DNA of 64,000 nucleotides. It comes from Pseudomonadota bacterium. Its GTDB lineage: Bacteria > Myxococcota > JACRCW01 > JAFGSX01. The first letter of the stretch is position 1. Every line of letters starts with the position of its first letter. Both the position numbers and the translations under genes were made by a program. Below, piece by piece: positions 29,601-39,181 of the stretch. The notes beneath the pieces were generated by a model. That model saw nothing but the letters and a program-made list of their open reading frames with translations. It ran no database searches and was not told the DNA's origin. The DNA lies in the NCBI GenBank assembly GCA_043821645.1, contig JBDRCO010000037.1, forward strand, positions 192,001 to 256,000, given 5' to 3'.

Positions 29601-32600
29601 CGAGCAGTGATCGCCGTGGGCACCGAGCGCAGCGAGCTGTTCGCGCGCATCGGCGAGCTTTGCCTCGACGCCCGCGATGCCTCGGCGGCCCTGCCTGCCC
29701 TCGCGGAGGCCCTGCGCGGGGACGGCCAGAATGCCCGCGCCATCGCTGCCCTGGCGCGGCTCTGCGACGATGACACGGCGGACCAGCCCCAGCGGGTCGA
29801 GGCAGCACGGATCCTGGAGCCCGTGCGACGTGACGAGGACAACGCCGCCGGCCTGGTGAAAGTGCTCTCGTTGCGAATGGCGGCCAGCACAGACACTGCA
29901 CAGCGACGAGCGCTGGTGGTGGAGCTGGCGACCCTGCTGACCGAGGACCTGGATCGCTCTGGTGAGGCCGTCGACCTCCTGCTGCAGCATGTGCAGGCCG
30001 ATCCGGAAGATACCGAGGGCCGCGGTCTGGCAGAGCGCCTGGCCCTGGCAAGCGGCGAGCACGAGCGCCTGTTCGCGACCCTGCACGAGATGGTGGTGGC
30101 TGGCGGTGCGCACGCCGAGCCCATGGCGCGGCGCCTGGTGGAGCTTGCGCGGGAGCGAGGCAATCCAGGTGTGGCCCGGGCGGCCCTCACCACCCTGCTC
30201 GAAGCCAACCCGGAGCATTCCTGGGCTCTATCCCAGTTGGTCGACCTGTCCCGGAGCGACGACAGCCCGGCCACCCTCGGGGAGGCTCTTCTGGCCCAGG
30301 CGCAGGTTCTGGAAACCAGCCGCGCCATCCCGGTGCTGCTCGAGGCAGCCGAGGCCTTCGTGCTCGCGCAGAACATCGAGCGAGCCGTCCTGGCGCTGCG
30401 CATGAGGATAGACCTGGGTGGCTTCGATCTGGCGGTGGCGGACCGCCTGGCTGCCATGCTCACTTCACTGGAGCGGCACGAAGAGGTGGCAGGGTTGTGG
30501 CACGACGCCAAGAGCCTGGCTGAGGCGTCCCTGTACCCCGAGATCTCGCTGCGCCTGGCCATGGCGCATCTGGGACCGCTCGAGAACCCGGAGGCAGCGG
30601 TCAAGCACTTTGGTGAATGCCTCGACGCGAACGTCGAAGGCGAAGCAGCGCGGCGCGCGGTCTCGATGCTCGACGCGCTGGCCCGGGGTGAGCACCAGGC
30701 TCGCCACGGTGCCCGCACTGTGCTCGCGGCGCATTTCAGGCACAGCAATCAGCCTCGACCCCTGATCGAGATGCTGGAACTCACGGCGGACGAGTGCACC
30801 CAGGCCGAGGAGCGCGCGGCGATGTTCGACGAGATCACGGCCCTGCGCGACGGGACCTTGCAGGAGGCCACCCTGGCCTTTGCCGCAGCGACCCGATCCT
30901 ACAGGGCGTCGCCCTCGGATCAGCGCTTGCTCCAGTTGCGTGATCTGGCGGCGCGTTCCGAGTCGGACGAGACCTACGTCGCGCTGCTGGAGGAGATCGC
31001 GGATGGCTGTGAGGCGGACGAGCGGAGCCGTGCCGCGGATCTGCTCAAGGAAGCCGCGCGCGCCAGTGGTGAGCAGCTGGGGGACCGCGCCTCCCGCGTT
31101 CGCCTGCTGCAGAAGGTGCTCGAGCTGGTACCTGGTGATGGTGAGGCCCTGGCCGCTCTGGAGAGCTCACACCGCGAGGCTGCCGAGACAGAACAGCTGG
31201 TGCAGGTATTGCTGCAGAAGGCCGAGGCCACCGAGGGCGAAGAGCGCTTCGACAGCCTGATCCAGGCTGCACGGCTCCAGGTCGAGGCCCCGGCCCAGCG
31301 GGACGAGGGCATCACCCTGCTGCGGCGCCTGGCCGAGGAGAATCCCCAGCGTGGGCCTGTGCTCGAGCTGCTCGAGACCGCGCTGTCGAGGCGCGGGGAT
31401 CGCCTGGCGGCGTCGCAGGTGCTGCGCCAGCGCATCGAGCTCGAGGAGGATGCCGGCCTGCGGGGCGCGATGCTGACCCGCCTGGGACGGATGTTGCTCG
31501 GCCTCGAACGCCACTCCGAGGCTCTCGAATCCCTGGCCGCCGCCGCTGCGGAAGCGGCGCGGGATCCCAGCCTGGCCGCTGCCATCGGCGAGCTGCTCGA
31601 GCACGCCAGGACCACCGGCACACCCTCACCGGTGGCCGTGGCAGAGCTGATGGAGACCGTGCTGCGGGCCATTGGTTCCACCGAGGATCTGCCGCCTGTC
31701 CTCGAAATCCGGCTGCAGGCTAGCAACGAACCTGCGCTGCGCCAGGAGCTTCTGCTCGAGATCGCACATATCCAGGAGACCATGCTGGGCCAGCCAGCCC
31801 TGGCCTTCATGACCGCATGCCGCGCGCTGCGCGAGGTGGCTGGAGATGTCTCAGCCCTGGAACGCGCGGACCGGCTCGCACGTCACAGCAACTGGGAAGA
31901 GGAACTCGTCGATGTCATCGAGGAGATCGTCGAGGACCTGGACGACGCTGCCGCATCAGCACAACTTCACGCTCGGGCCGCGGAGCTGTGCTCCGGGGAC
32001 AACGCACGAGCGCTCCAGCACATCGATGCGGCCTACACCGCCGCCCCGGATGATCTCGGCGTGGCGGAGACCTTGGTCCGGCTGGGTCGCGATGCACCCT
32101 CGAGCCCCGCGATCGCGGGCGCCCTCGCCAGGGTCGCCGACGCCAGCGTTCGTGCGGGCGATCCGGCTCGCGCCAAGGAACTCTGGCGCGAGGCGGCGGA
32201 GCGACATGAGGATCTCGAGGCCTACGACGACGCAGTCCGAGACCTCGAAGCCATCCTGGATCTGGACGGTCAGGACAGTGCGGCACTGCACCTGCTCGAT
32301 CGGCTCTATCTCAAGCTGGAGCGTTCGTCCGATCTCGAGAACATCCTGGTTCGACAGCTCGATCTCGCAGCGAGCACACCGGTCCGTGGAGAGTTGCTGC
32401 TACGCCTGGCAGAGCTTCGACGCAGTGCTCTGGGCGACCTGGTGGGAGCCGCCGAGGCCCTGGAGCGCGTCGCGCTGGAGGTCCCGGGCGCTGTGGGGCT
32501 GGTGTCCGCGCTGGAGGCGCTCTCTGGCGATCTGGCCAGCGCCACGGCCGCGGATGCGATGGATGCCCGGGCGCGCATCGCGTCCTTGCTGGCACCGCGC

Positions 32601-35600
32601 TACGAGGCCAGCGGTGACGTGGCCAAGCTGGTCGAGATCCTTGAATCCCGGCTCGATAGCGTGACTGACGTCGACGAGCGGCGAGGCTTGATGCTTCGCG
32701 TGGCCAAATTGCGCAGCGAGAACATGGGACAGCCCGAGAAGGGCTTTGCGCTGCTATCGCGGGCACTCAAGGAGTGGCCCGCGGACGATACCTTGATGGG
32801 TTCCGTCGAACACCTGGCCCGCGAAACGGGAGACGTCGAACTCCTGATCGGTCTGTACGAGGACATCGCTGACGTCGAGTCGGATCGGGCGCTGGCCCTG
32901 CAATACCGACGTCGGATCGCGGTGCTGTGTCGGGGTCCGCTCAACGATCCCCAGCGCGCCCTTGGCCACTACGAGCACGTGCTGGACTTGCTAGGTGTGC
33001 CCAGTGAGGACGACGCGGAACAGCGTCAGGTCCGGGTGCAGGTCGTCGCGGCGATGGAAGACATCGCGCGATCTCTTCAGGCCTGGAGTGCTCTGGCCAC
33101 CGCGCTCAAACGCCGAGCTCAGCTCGACACCGATGCTGCCCACCGCCGCCAGGCGGCACTCGAGCTGTGCCGCCTGCAACTCGGCCCCCTGGGCGACACC
33201 GGCGGGGCGCTGGGCCTGGCGCGCGGTCTGCTCGAGGTGAATAGCGCCGATATCGAGGCTCTGGACATCGCCTGCGATGCGTCCGAACGCCAGAACCAGT
33301 TCGAGCTCATGGTGGAGTTCCTGCGCCGCCGGATCGACCATGCACCGGCAGGTCCCGCCCGGCTCGACCTCCGTTTCCGGCTCGGCAAGGCGCTCGATGA
33401 ATGGCTCGACCGCCCTGATGATGCCATGATCGAATTCTCGGCGGTCCTCGACGAGGATCCTCACCACGAGGTGGTCCGAACTTATCTCGAGCAGCGCTTG
33501 CAGCAGCAGGGGAGACCCCTGTCGGTCAACGCGCTCGAGTCCGCCTATGCCAAGACGGGTGACTGGAAGAAGTCCATCGAGGTGCTCGAGGGTCAGGTCC
33601 AGGAGGCCGAGAAGCGCAATGACCTGGCAGCCATGCGCTCGACCCTGCTGCGCATCGGTGACATTTACACGCGGCAGATGGAGAGTCCCGAGCTGGCCTT
33701 CGTGGCCCTGACCCGTGGCCTGCGCGCCGAGCCCGGCGAGGACGCGCTGCGCGAGCGCCTGCTGGTCCTGTCCCGCGAGCTCGATACCCTCGACAACCTG
33801 GCGGAACTCTACGAATCGACCGCCGAGAGCGCCGTGGGCCTTGGACGCGGCGAGGTGGCCTCCGAATTGCTCGAAGCTGCCGCGGCGATCTATGCCTTCG
33901 AGCTCGACGACACAGATCGTGGCCTCGCGCTGTTCGAGGAGGTGCTGGCCAAGCACCCCGGCCGGATCGCGACCCTGGCAGGGCTGGATCGTCTCTACGA
34001 ACAGCTCGAGCAGCACGACAAGCTCGAGGTGACGCTGCGAAAGCGCCTGGCTCTCACCGAGGAAGCCTCGGAGCGCGTCGAGATCCTCTACCGCCTGGGT
34101 CTGGTGTTGGCGGACCACCTGGATCGCTTGGCCGACGCGGTGCCGGTGCTCGAGCGGGTGCTGGAGAGCGATCCTGGCCATGCTGGATCCCGTCACACCC
34201 TCGCCGAGCTGTACGTCGCTGTGGGCGAGAACGACAAGCTGCAGCGGATTCTCGAATCGTTGCTCGAGGACGCACACCGTGCCGAGGATCAGGGTGAGGA
34301 GATCCGGCTACGAACCTTGCTGGCGCGGGTCCTTGACCAGGTCAGCGACATCGATGGCGCCATCACGCAGTGGGAGGCGCTGGGAGAACTGGACCCGAGC
34401 AATTTCGAGGTCCTCAACGCGCTGGAGGAGCTGTATCCCCGGGCAGGTCGCTACGAGGCCTTGCGTGTCCTGCTCGAGCGTCAGATGGAGTTGACGACGG
34501 ACAACGCGCGGCAGGCCGAGCTGTCGTCCAAGCTGGGTCTGCTCCTCGCCGAACAGCTGGGTGATCGCGAGACGGCGGTCGCGCGCTTCGAGAAGATCCT
34601 GGAGCAGGATCCGCGCAATCGCAGCGCCCTCGATGCCCTGCGGCGCATCTACCGCAGCATGGAGCACTGGGACGACCTCATCGGGGTTCTGCGTCGTCTG
34701 TTGCGGCTTCAGACGGATGCCACCGGGGTCAAGCAGGTGCGCTTCGAGCTGGCAGAAGTGCTGGGGACCCACCTGGACCGCCGCGCCGACGCCATCGAGG
34801 CCGGTCGCCGGGTGCTCGACGTCGAGCCGCACACGGAAGATGAGCTGACGCGCCTCGAGGCGGTATTCCGGGTCTGTGAGGCGTGGGAGGAGTGCGCCGA
34901 GACCCTGGACCGGCGTGTAGATCTGGCCACGGATCCTGCGGCGCAGATCCCGGTGCTGTACGAGGTGGCAGCCCTGTGGGAAGGCCCCATCGGCCGACCC
35001 GAGTCGGGAGCGCGTGCCTACGAGCGCATCCTGGCGATGCAGCCCGGCGACGATCGGGCCTACCTCGCACTGACTTCGATCTACACGCATGCCAACGAGT
35101 GGCGCAAGCTGGTGGCACTCAAGGAGGCACGGCTCACCGCCGTCGAGGAACGCCTCGAGCGCATCGCGATGCTCAAGGAGATCGGAGAGATCTACGAGGG
35201 GCGTCTGGCCCAGAAGGATCTCGCCTTCCTGGCCGCGTGTCGCGCCTTCCGTGAGGACGTTCTCGATCGCGGTTGCGGCGACTGGATGGAGCGCCTGGCC
35301 GTCGACACCGACAGCATCGAGGAGCTCCTCGACGTTTACGACGACGAGGTTCAACGTGTTGGCGACGAGCAGCGCGCCATCGAGATCCACCTGCGCATGG
35401 CGGATCTCGCGGCCAACCGGCTGTCGGACGTCGACGCGGCGGAGTCGCACCTCAATCGTGTGTTCGAGTATGACGCGGGCAACCGCGATGCTCTGGAGCA
35501 GCTCTTTGCCCTCTACGAGAAGCAGGATCGCTGGGAGGAGGCCATCGCCGTCCTCGAGCGCAAGGCGGAGCTGGCTGAGGACCTGGATACCAAGAAAGCC

Positions 35601-38600
35601 CTGCTGTTCAAGATCAGCCAGGTCCATGAGGAGCGCCTGGATCATCCCCAGGAAGCCATCGAGGTCTACAAACGCGTCCTCGAACTCGATGGCGCGGACC
35701 AGCGCGCAGTTAACAGCCTGGCCCGGCTGTACGAGGAGATGGGCAAGGACCAGGCACTGATTGGCGTGCTGCAGCGTGCCATCGAACTGGAGCCGGATCC
35801 GCAGGAGCAGCTCGCCACCCGGTTCCGGATCGCGACGATCTGGGAGAACGAGCTTGACAATGCCGAGCAGGCCATTGCCACGCACCGCACCATCCTCGAG
35901 CTGGATCCCGCCCATGGTCTGTCGCTCAAGGCGCTGGAGCGCATCTACACGCAGCTCGATCGCATGTCCGAGCTGCTGGGCGTCTACGAGAAGCAGGTCG
36001 CCCTGGCCGAGTCCATCGAGGAGCAGGTCAAGCTGCTGGCCAAGATCGCCGGCATCTGGGAAGACCGCTTTGACAATGTCGAGCAGGCCGTGGCGGCGAC
36101 CGAACGCATCCTGCTCATCCAGCCGAGCAACGAGGCTGCGCTCAAATCCCTGGAGAGGCTGTTCCGGCAAACCGCGAACTGGCCGCGCCTCATCGATGTC
36201 ATGCGGCAGCACATCGCCCTGACCCGGGACCCGGAGGAGATCGTCGCGCTCTATCTCGAGGTCGGCGAGATCTACTACCGAGATCTCAACCGAGCGGACA
36301 AGGCCGAGGAGATGTTCAACGCCGCGATGGATTTCGATCCGAAGTCACGGCGCGCCATCCATGCCCTGGGTCAGCTCTACGAGCGTTCTGGGAACTGGTT
36401 CAACGCCCTGGAGAAGCTGGCACAGGAAGTGGACCTGCGTGGTGCCGACGAGTCGGCAGTCGAGATCCACTACCGCATGGGCAAGATCAACGAGGACATG
36501 CTGCTGGATACGCAGAGCGCACGCGCCAGCTACGAGCGCGCACTGGACCTCGAACCGACCTTTTTGCCTGCCATCAAGGCCCTCAAGGAGATTCACTACG
36601 CGGCGCGAGACTACGAGACCTACCTCAAGTATCTCAACCTCGAGGCCGAGCACATCGACGACGAGCAGGAGAAGACCGAGCTTCATACCCAGGCTGCGAA
36701 GTTCTTGCAGGATCGCAGTGGGGACCTCGACCGGGCCTACGAACACTACGAGCTGGCCCTCAGCCATACCCCGGACCATCTGCCCGCAGCCATTCCGGCA
36801 GCGGACATTGCCTTCCGCAAGGAAAACTTCGAGCGAACGCGCGAGCTGCTGGAGATCGTCGTCGAGAAGCTCGACCCGGGGACCGAGACCGAGGAGCTGG
36901 TCCGGCACCAATACCGCCTGGGCTATGTCAGTCAGAAGCTGGGGCATGACGGTGAGGCGCTCAAGGCCTACCAGCGGGCCTTCGAACTCGACTCGACCTA
37001 TCTGCCGGCGCTCGAGGGCTACGGCCAGGCTCTGGTCAGCGCGCAGCGCTTCGAGGAAGCACAGAAGGTCTATCAGACCCTCCTCATCCACCACCGCGAC
37101 TCGCTCACCGACGCCGAGGTCGTCGACTACTACTGGCAACTCGGCGACCTCAGTCGAAAGCTCGAGCAGAACGAGCGCGCGCTGCGCAACCTCGAAAAGG
37201 CGCTGGAGCTGGATCCGTCCCATGCTCCGAGCCTGCGCCTGCAGGCCGAGGTCTTCGAGGTCGAGGACCAGCTGGAGGAAGCCTATGACTCCCTGAGCCA
37301 GCTCGCCGCGGTCCTTGGTGGCGATGACAAGGTCGAGATCCTGCTGCACATCGGCCGGCTGTCGCAGAAGAAGCTCACCGATCCGTATCGCGCCATCGAC
37401 GCCTACGAGGACGCTCACCGGCTGCGGGGTGACGACAAGAGTGTGCTCGAGGCGCTGTACGAGCTGTACCAGGAGACACGCCAGGGACCCCGCGCCGCTG
37501 AGGTCCTCGAGGAGCTGGTCGCCGTCGAGCCCGATGAGCAGACCCGGGTCCGGCTCAACCATCAGCTGGGCGAGATCTTCCGCGACGAAATCAAGAACGA
37601 CCACAGAGCGGCACAGTACTTCAACGCCGCTCTGGATCTGGATCCGACCTACGTGCGCTCCTTCGAGGCCATCGAGAAGTTGCTCACGGCGCGCAAGCAG
37701 TGGGCGCTGCTCGAAGAGAACTACCGGATGATGATCCAGCGCACACCCAAGGAGAACATCAAGGTCCGCACGGTCCTGTGGAAGAATCTGGCGGAGCTGT
37801 ACCGTCGGGTGCTCAAGAACGGCGAGGCGGCGATCCAGGCATACAACGTCCTGTGTGCCATGGATCCCAACAACCCGGAGTACCTCGAGACCCTGGCCGA
37901 GTTGATGAGCCGCTCACCCGAAAAGATCGATGGCGCCATAGGTACCTACCAGCAGCTTGTGCCCCTGAGTGCGGAGCCTGCGCGCGCCTGCCATGCGCTC
38001 CGTCGGCTCTATCTGTCCAGGCAGATGCACGATCGTGCCTACTGCGCGGTGTCGGCCCTGCGCATCCTGCGTGACGTCGATGAAGAGGAGGAGAAGCTCT
38101 ACGCCTACTTCCAGAAGTACGCACCTCAGAAGGCACAGCGGGCGCTCACCGATCGGCTATGGGAAGCACTGCTGGTGCACGAGAATGCCCAGGGTCACCT
38201 GGCCACCGTGTCCACCTTGCTGTACAAGCACGCCGGTCGCGAGTTGCTCGAGGATCCCAAGGAACTGGGCCTGGGCAAGAAGAGAGAGTGGGATCGCGTC
38301 GCCAGCTCGGCCTACTTCGCAACCCAGCTTCATTACGTCCATCAGGTGCTCAACACGCCGCAGTACGAGATCTACGCCAAGCACAAGAGCGACAGCGTGC
38401 TCACCGTGCTCCCCACGCCGTCACCGACCCTGGGTATCGGCGAGACCAATGACCTGTTCAAGGACGTGCCGCCGCGGCACATCTGGTTCGTGTGCGCGCG
38501 CATTCTGACCTACAGTCGACCTGGATTCCTGCTCCCCTTCGTGCTCGGACCCGCGGACTTCGCCGCTGCCGTCGAGGCGGCCTTCCTCTTCGCTGAGCCT

Positions 38601-38957
38601 CGTTTCCAGGGGCGTTCGGACCCCGAAGACGTGGCTCGCCTGGGGCGCCGCATGGCCCGGGTCAAGGAACCGCTGGGAGATGCCATGCGCGCGGTGCTCA
38701 AGAAGATCCTGGGTGAGCGCAAGCGTCCCGACGTCAATGTCTACTTCGAGGGCATGGAACTGACGGCGATCCGCGCCGCCCACCTGATGTGTGGTGACGT
38801 CGACGTGAGCACACAGATGCTACGGGCACGCGACCCCGGCCACATGCAGCTGCAGTACAAGGCCAAGATGAAGGAGATCCTGCAGTTCACGGTGAGCGAG
38901 CCTTACTTCGAGCTGCGGCAGAGGCTGGGGCTGGCGATCAAGGGCCAGGGGTCCTGA
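26607..38957 (+). CDS. agmK: Giant TPR gliding motility protein GltI (AgmK), about 4116 aa
   Basis: Continuous TPR-like repeats (..ALELDP...AL.ALE.LY...W..L) and C-terminal region RAAHLMCGD..ILQFTVSEPYFELRQRLG. No signal peptide. Lies downstream of gltH. Confidence 0.82.
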   Translation: MEEQIREQLKILQDQPADADAMASIEAMYTQRGEWEALARLLEDNAQRLGDSERTVGLLLKAADLYRDKLQRVDKSERALRRALDVVPRHRGALERLRQLLADAGRHADVASIIERQVDAALDDKEKARHLKELGKIYDENLDLPEQALRALQAAFEADRTAKSALLRGASIYRRLGRHEMAKGLLDLLLEVTEEESDAQMLADRYADVAGELEHSPTLHDVARDAVTRALALVPGHARATELEQHLASYAESWQDQVRTLRAQAMEARDKKTAASRYLAIAEHHWVYGKDAKAAEEALEKGFLLVPGHWSSVRFLERMGREAGHIERVLERLTRMASEVTDVRIAVDLYLLVAVLEQEAGGNGERLVDVYGKVLKIDPANRNAAAALTDIHLSAGQHAEAAQVQAHYAGEVRDRSERLAAHLLAARLFVGDAGDPAEAVRHFEAVCEIDADHGEAIAALDALYQGAGRHADRARLLERRVELGGEAAAQAELHDGLAALYADHLDDPLLSYQALRRAYALDPRQEREDALERLADTLARPSELAETYLQAAERLDDAAARQRLWLRAADLAQRAGAPNVAREALGRVLNEDPNSDAALNALESLVVKGEDARALAEALEARLAVARATKERHTLLLRLARLYAQELRDAARAIDRYRALLDLDPADGEALEALDGLLRREERWRELAVVVEKRIALSDEPAASELRLRLAKLLEDRLNKPIDALELYETMHSAAPERLDVVAALERLLLRGVETVRIAGVLQPHYAAVGAHRRHVEMIEIRRQATEDPARRATLAREAGRVLEEELRNPREAFTALSMALVDQPEDSELPRALDRLAESAGCHDELARVLEKAAAALPESPAKVALEARRADILEQRLGNADAAIEAHRNLLRQNPGNLGSLDALIGLLEATGRHEELVEWLEVRRDFTDLAERAALDERIGLVLSEQLQHTDEAIQAFERAREGKDDRIRERALLQLDTLYLARGDGTALRSVLEERAVIAVGTERSELFARIGELCLDARDASAALPALAEALRGDGQNARAIAALARLCDDDTADQPQRVEAARILEPVRRDEDNAAGLVKVLSLRMAASTDTAQRRALVVELATLLTEDLDRSGEAVDLLLQHVQADPEDTEGRGLAERLALASGEHERLFATLHEMVVAGGAHAEPMARRLVELARERGNPGVARAALTTLLEANPEHSWALSQLVDLSRSDDSPATLGEALLAQAQVLETSRAIPVLLEAAEAFVLAQNIERAVLALRMRIDLGGFDLAVADRLAAMLTSLERHEEVAGLWHDAKSLAEASLYPEISLRLAMAHLGPLENPEAAVKHFGECLDANVEGEAARRAVSMLDALARGEHQARHGARTVLAAHFRHSNQPRPLIEMLELTADECTQAEERAAMFDEITALRDGTLQEATLAFAAATRSYRASPSDQRLLQLRDLAARSESDETYVALLEEIADGCEADERSRAADLLKEAARASGEQLGDRASRVRLLQKVLELVPGDGEALAALESSHREAAETEQLVQVLLQKAEATEGEERFDSLIQAARLQVEAPAQRDEGITLLRRLAEENPQRGPVLELLETALSRRGDRLAASQVLRQRIELEEDAGLRGAMLTRLGRMLLGLERHSEALESLAAAAAEAARDPSLAAAIGELLEHARTTGTPSPVAVAELMETVLRAIGSTEDLPPVLEIRLQASNEPALRQELLLEIAHIQETMLGQPALAFMTACRALREVAGDVSALERADRLARHSNWEEELVDVIEEIVEDLDDAAASAQLHARAAELCSGDNARALQHIDAAYTAAPDDLGVAETLVRLGRDAPSSPAIAGALARVADASVRAGDPARAKELWREAAERHEDLEAYDDAVRDLEAILDLDGQDSAALHLLDRLYLKLERSSDLENILVRQLDLAASTPVRGELLLRLAELRRSALGDLVGAAEALERVALEVPGAVGLVSALEALSGDLASATAADAMDARARIASLLAPRYEASGDVAKLVEILESRLDSVTDVDERRGLMLRVAKLRSENMGQPEKGFALLSRALKEWPADDTLMGSVEHLARETGDVELLIGLYEDIADVESDRALALQYRRRIAVLCRGPLNDPQRALGHYEHVLDLLGVPSEDDAEQRQVRVQVVAAMEDIARSLQAWSALATALKRRAQLDTDAAHRRQAALELCRLQLGPLGDTGGALGLARGLLEVNSADIEALDIACDASERQNQFELMVEFLRRRIDHAPAGPARLDLRFRLGKALDEWLDRPDDAMIEFSAVLDEDPHHEVVRTYLEQRLQQQGRPLSVNALESAYAKTGDWKKSIEVLEGQVQEAEKRNDLAAMRSTLLRIGDIYTRQMESPELAFVALTRGLRAEPGEDALRERLLVLSRELDTLDNLAELYESTAESAVGLGRGEVASELLEAAAAIYAFELDDTDRGLALFEEVLAKHPGRIATLAGLDRLYEQLEQHDKLEVTLRKRLALTEEASERVEILYRLGLVLADHLDRLADAVPVLERVLESDPGHAGSRHTLAELYVAVGENDKLQRILESLLEDAHRAEDQGEEIRLRTLLARVLDQVSDIDGAITQWEALGELDPSNFEVLNALEELYPRAGRYEALRVLLERQMELTTDNARQAELSSKLGLLLAEQLGDRETAVARFEKILEQDPRNRSALDALRRIYRSMEHWDDLIGVLRRLLRLQTDATGVKQVRFELAEVLGTHLDRRADAIEAGRRVLDVEPHTEDELTRLEAVFRVCEAWEECAETLDRRVDLATDPAAQIPVLYEVAALWEGPIGRPESGARAYERILAMQPGDDRAYLALTSIYTHANEWRKLVALKEARLTAVEERLERIAMLKEIGEIYEGRLAQKDLAFLAACRAFREDVLDRGCGDWMERLAVDTDSIEELLDVYDDEVQRVGDEQRAIEIHLRMADLAANRLSDVDAAESHLNRVFEYDAGNRDALEQLFALYEKQDRWEEAIAVLERKAELAEDLDTKKALLFKISQVHEERLDHPQEAIEVYKRVLELDGADQRAVNSLARLYEEMGKDQALIGVLQRAIELEPDPQEQLATRFRIATIWENELDNAEQAIATHRTILELDPAHGLSLKALERIYTQLDRMSELLGVYEKQVALAESIEEQVKLLAKIAGIWEDRFDNVEQAVAATERILLIQPSNEAALKSLERLFRQTANWPRLIDVMRQHIALTRDPEEIVALYLEVGEIYYRDLNRADKAEEMFNAAMDFDPKSRRAIHALGQLYERSGNWFNALEKLAQEVDLRGADESAVEIHYRMGKINEDMLLDTQSARASYERALDLEPTFLPAIKALKEIHYAARDYETYLKYLNLEAEHIDDEQEKTELHTQAAKFLQDRSGDLDRAYEHYELALSHTPDHLPAAIPAADIAFRKENFERTRELLEIVVEKLDPGTETEELVRHQYRLGYVSQKLGHDGEALKAYQRAFELDSTYLPALEGYGQALVSAQRFEEAQKVYQTLLIHHRDSLTDAEVVDYYWQLGDLSRKLEQNERALRNLEKALELDPSHAPSLRLQAEVFEVEDQLEEAYDSLSQLAAVLGGDDKVEILLHIGRLSQKKLTDPYRAIDAYEDAHRLRGDDKSVLEALYELYQETRQGPRAAEVLEELVAVEPDEQTRVRLNHQLGEIFRDEIKNDHRAAQYFNAALDLDPTYVRSFEAIEKLLTARKQWALLEENYRMMIQRTPKENIKVRTVLWKNLAELYRRVLKNGEAAIQAYNVLCAMDPNNPEYLETLAELMSRSPEKIDGAIGTYQQLVPLSAEPARACHALRRLYLSRQMHDRAYCAVSALRILRDVDEEEEKLYAYFQKYAPQKAQRALTDRLWEALLVHENAQGHLATVSTLLYKHAGRELLEDPKELGLGKKREWDRVASSAYFATQLHYVHQVLNTPQYEIYAKHKSDSVLTVLPTPSPTLGIGETNDLFKDVPPRHIWFVCARILTYSRPGFLLPFVLGPADFAAAVEAAFLFAEPRFQGRSDPEDVARLGRRMARVKEPLGDAMRAVLKKILGERKRPDVNVYFEGMELTAIRAAHLMCGDVDVSTQMLRARDPGHMQLQYKAKMKEILQFTVSEPYFELRQRLGLAIKGQGS

Positions 38958-39181
38958 GCGAGCGCGGCCGCGCAGGGATCGTCGACGCGAGGTCTGACCC
39001 GGCCATCCGCAGCGCCGGGGGGCTGTCGCCGTCCCGCAAAGCGTCCGGAAATCAGCAGGGTCCAGCGTTCTCCCAGCAAGGACCGGGCGGTCGGTGAGGG
39101 CGTGGCCCCGGGCCTGCTTCTTTCACGCCGCCATGGGTCGTATAGTGGGGGTCCCTGATGCGACTCGAGATGAGGGGTGAC

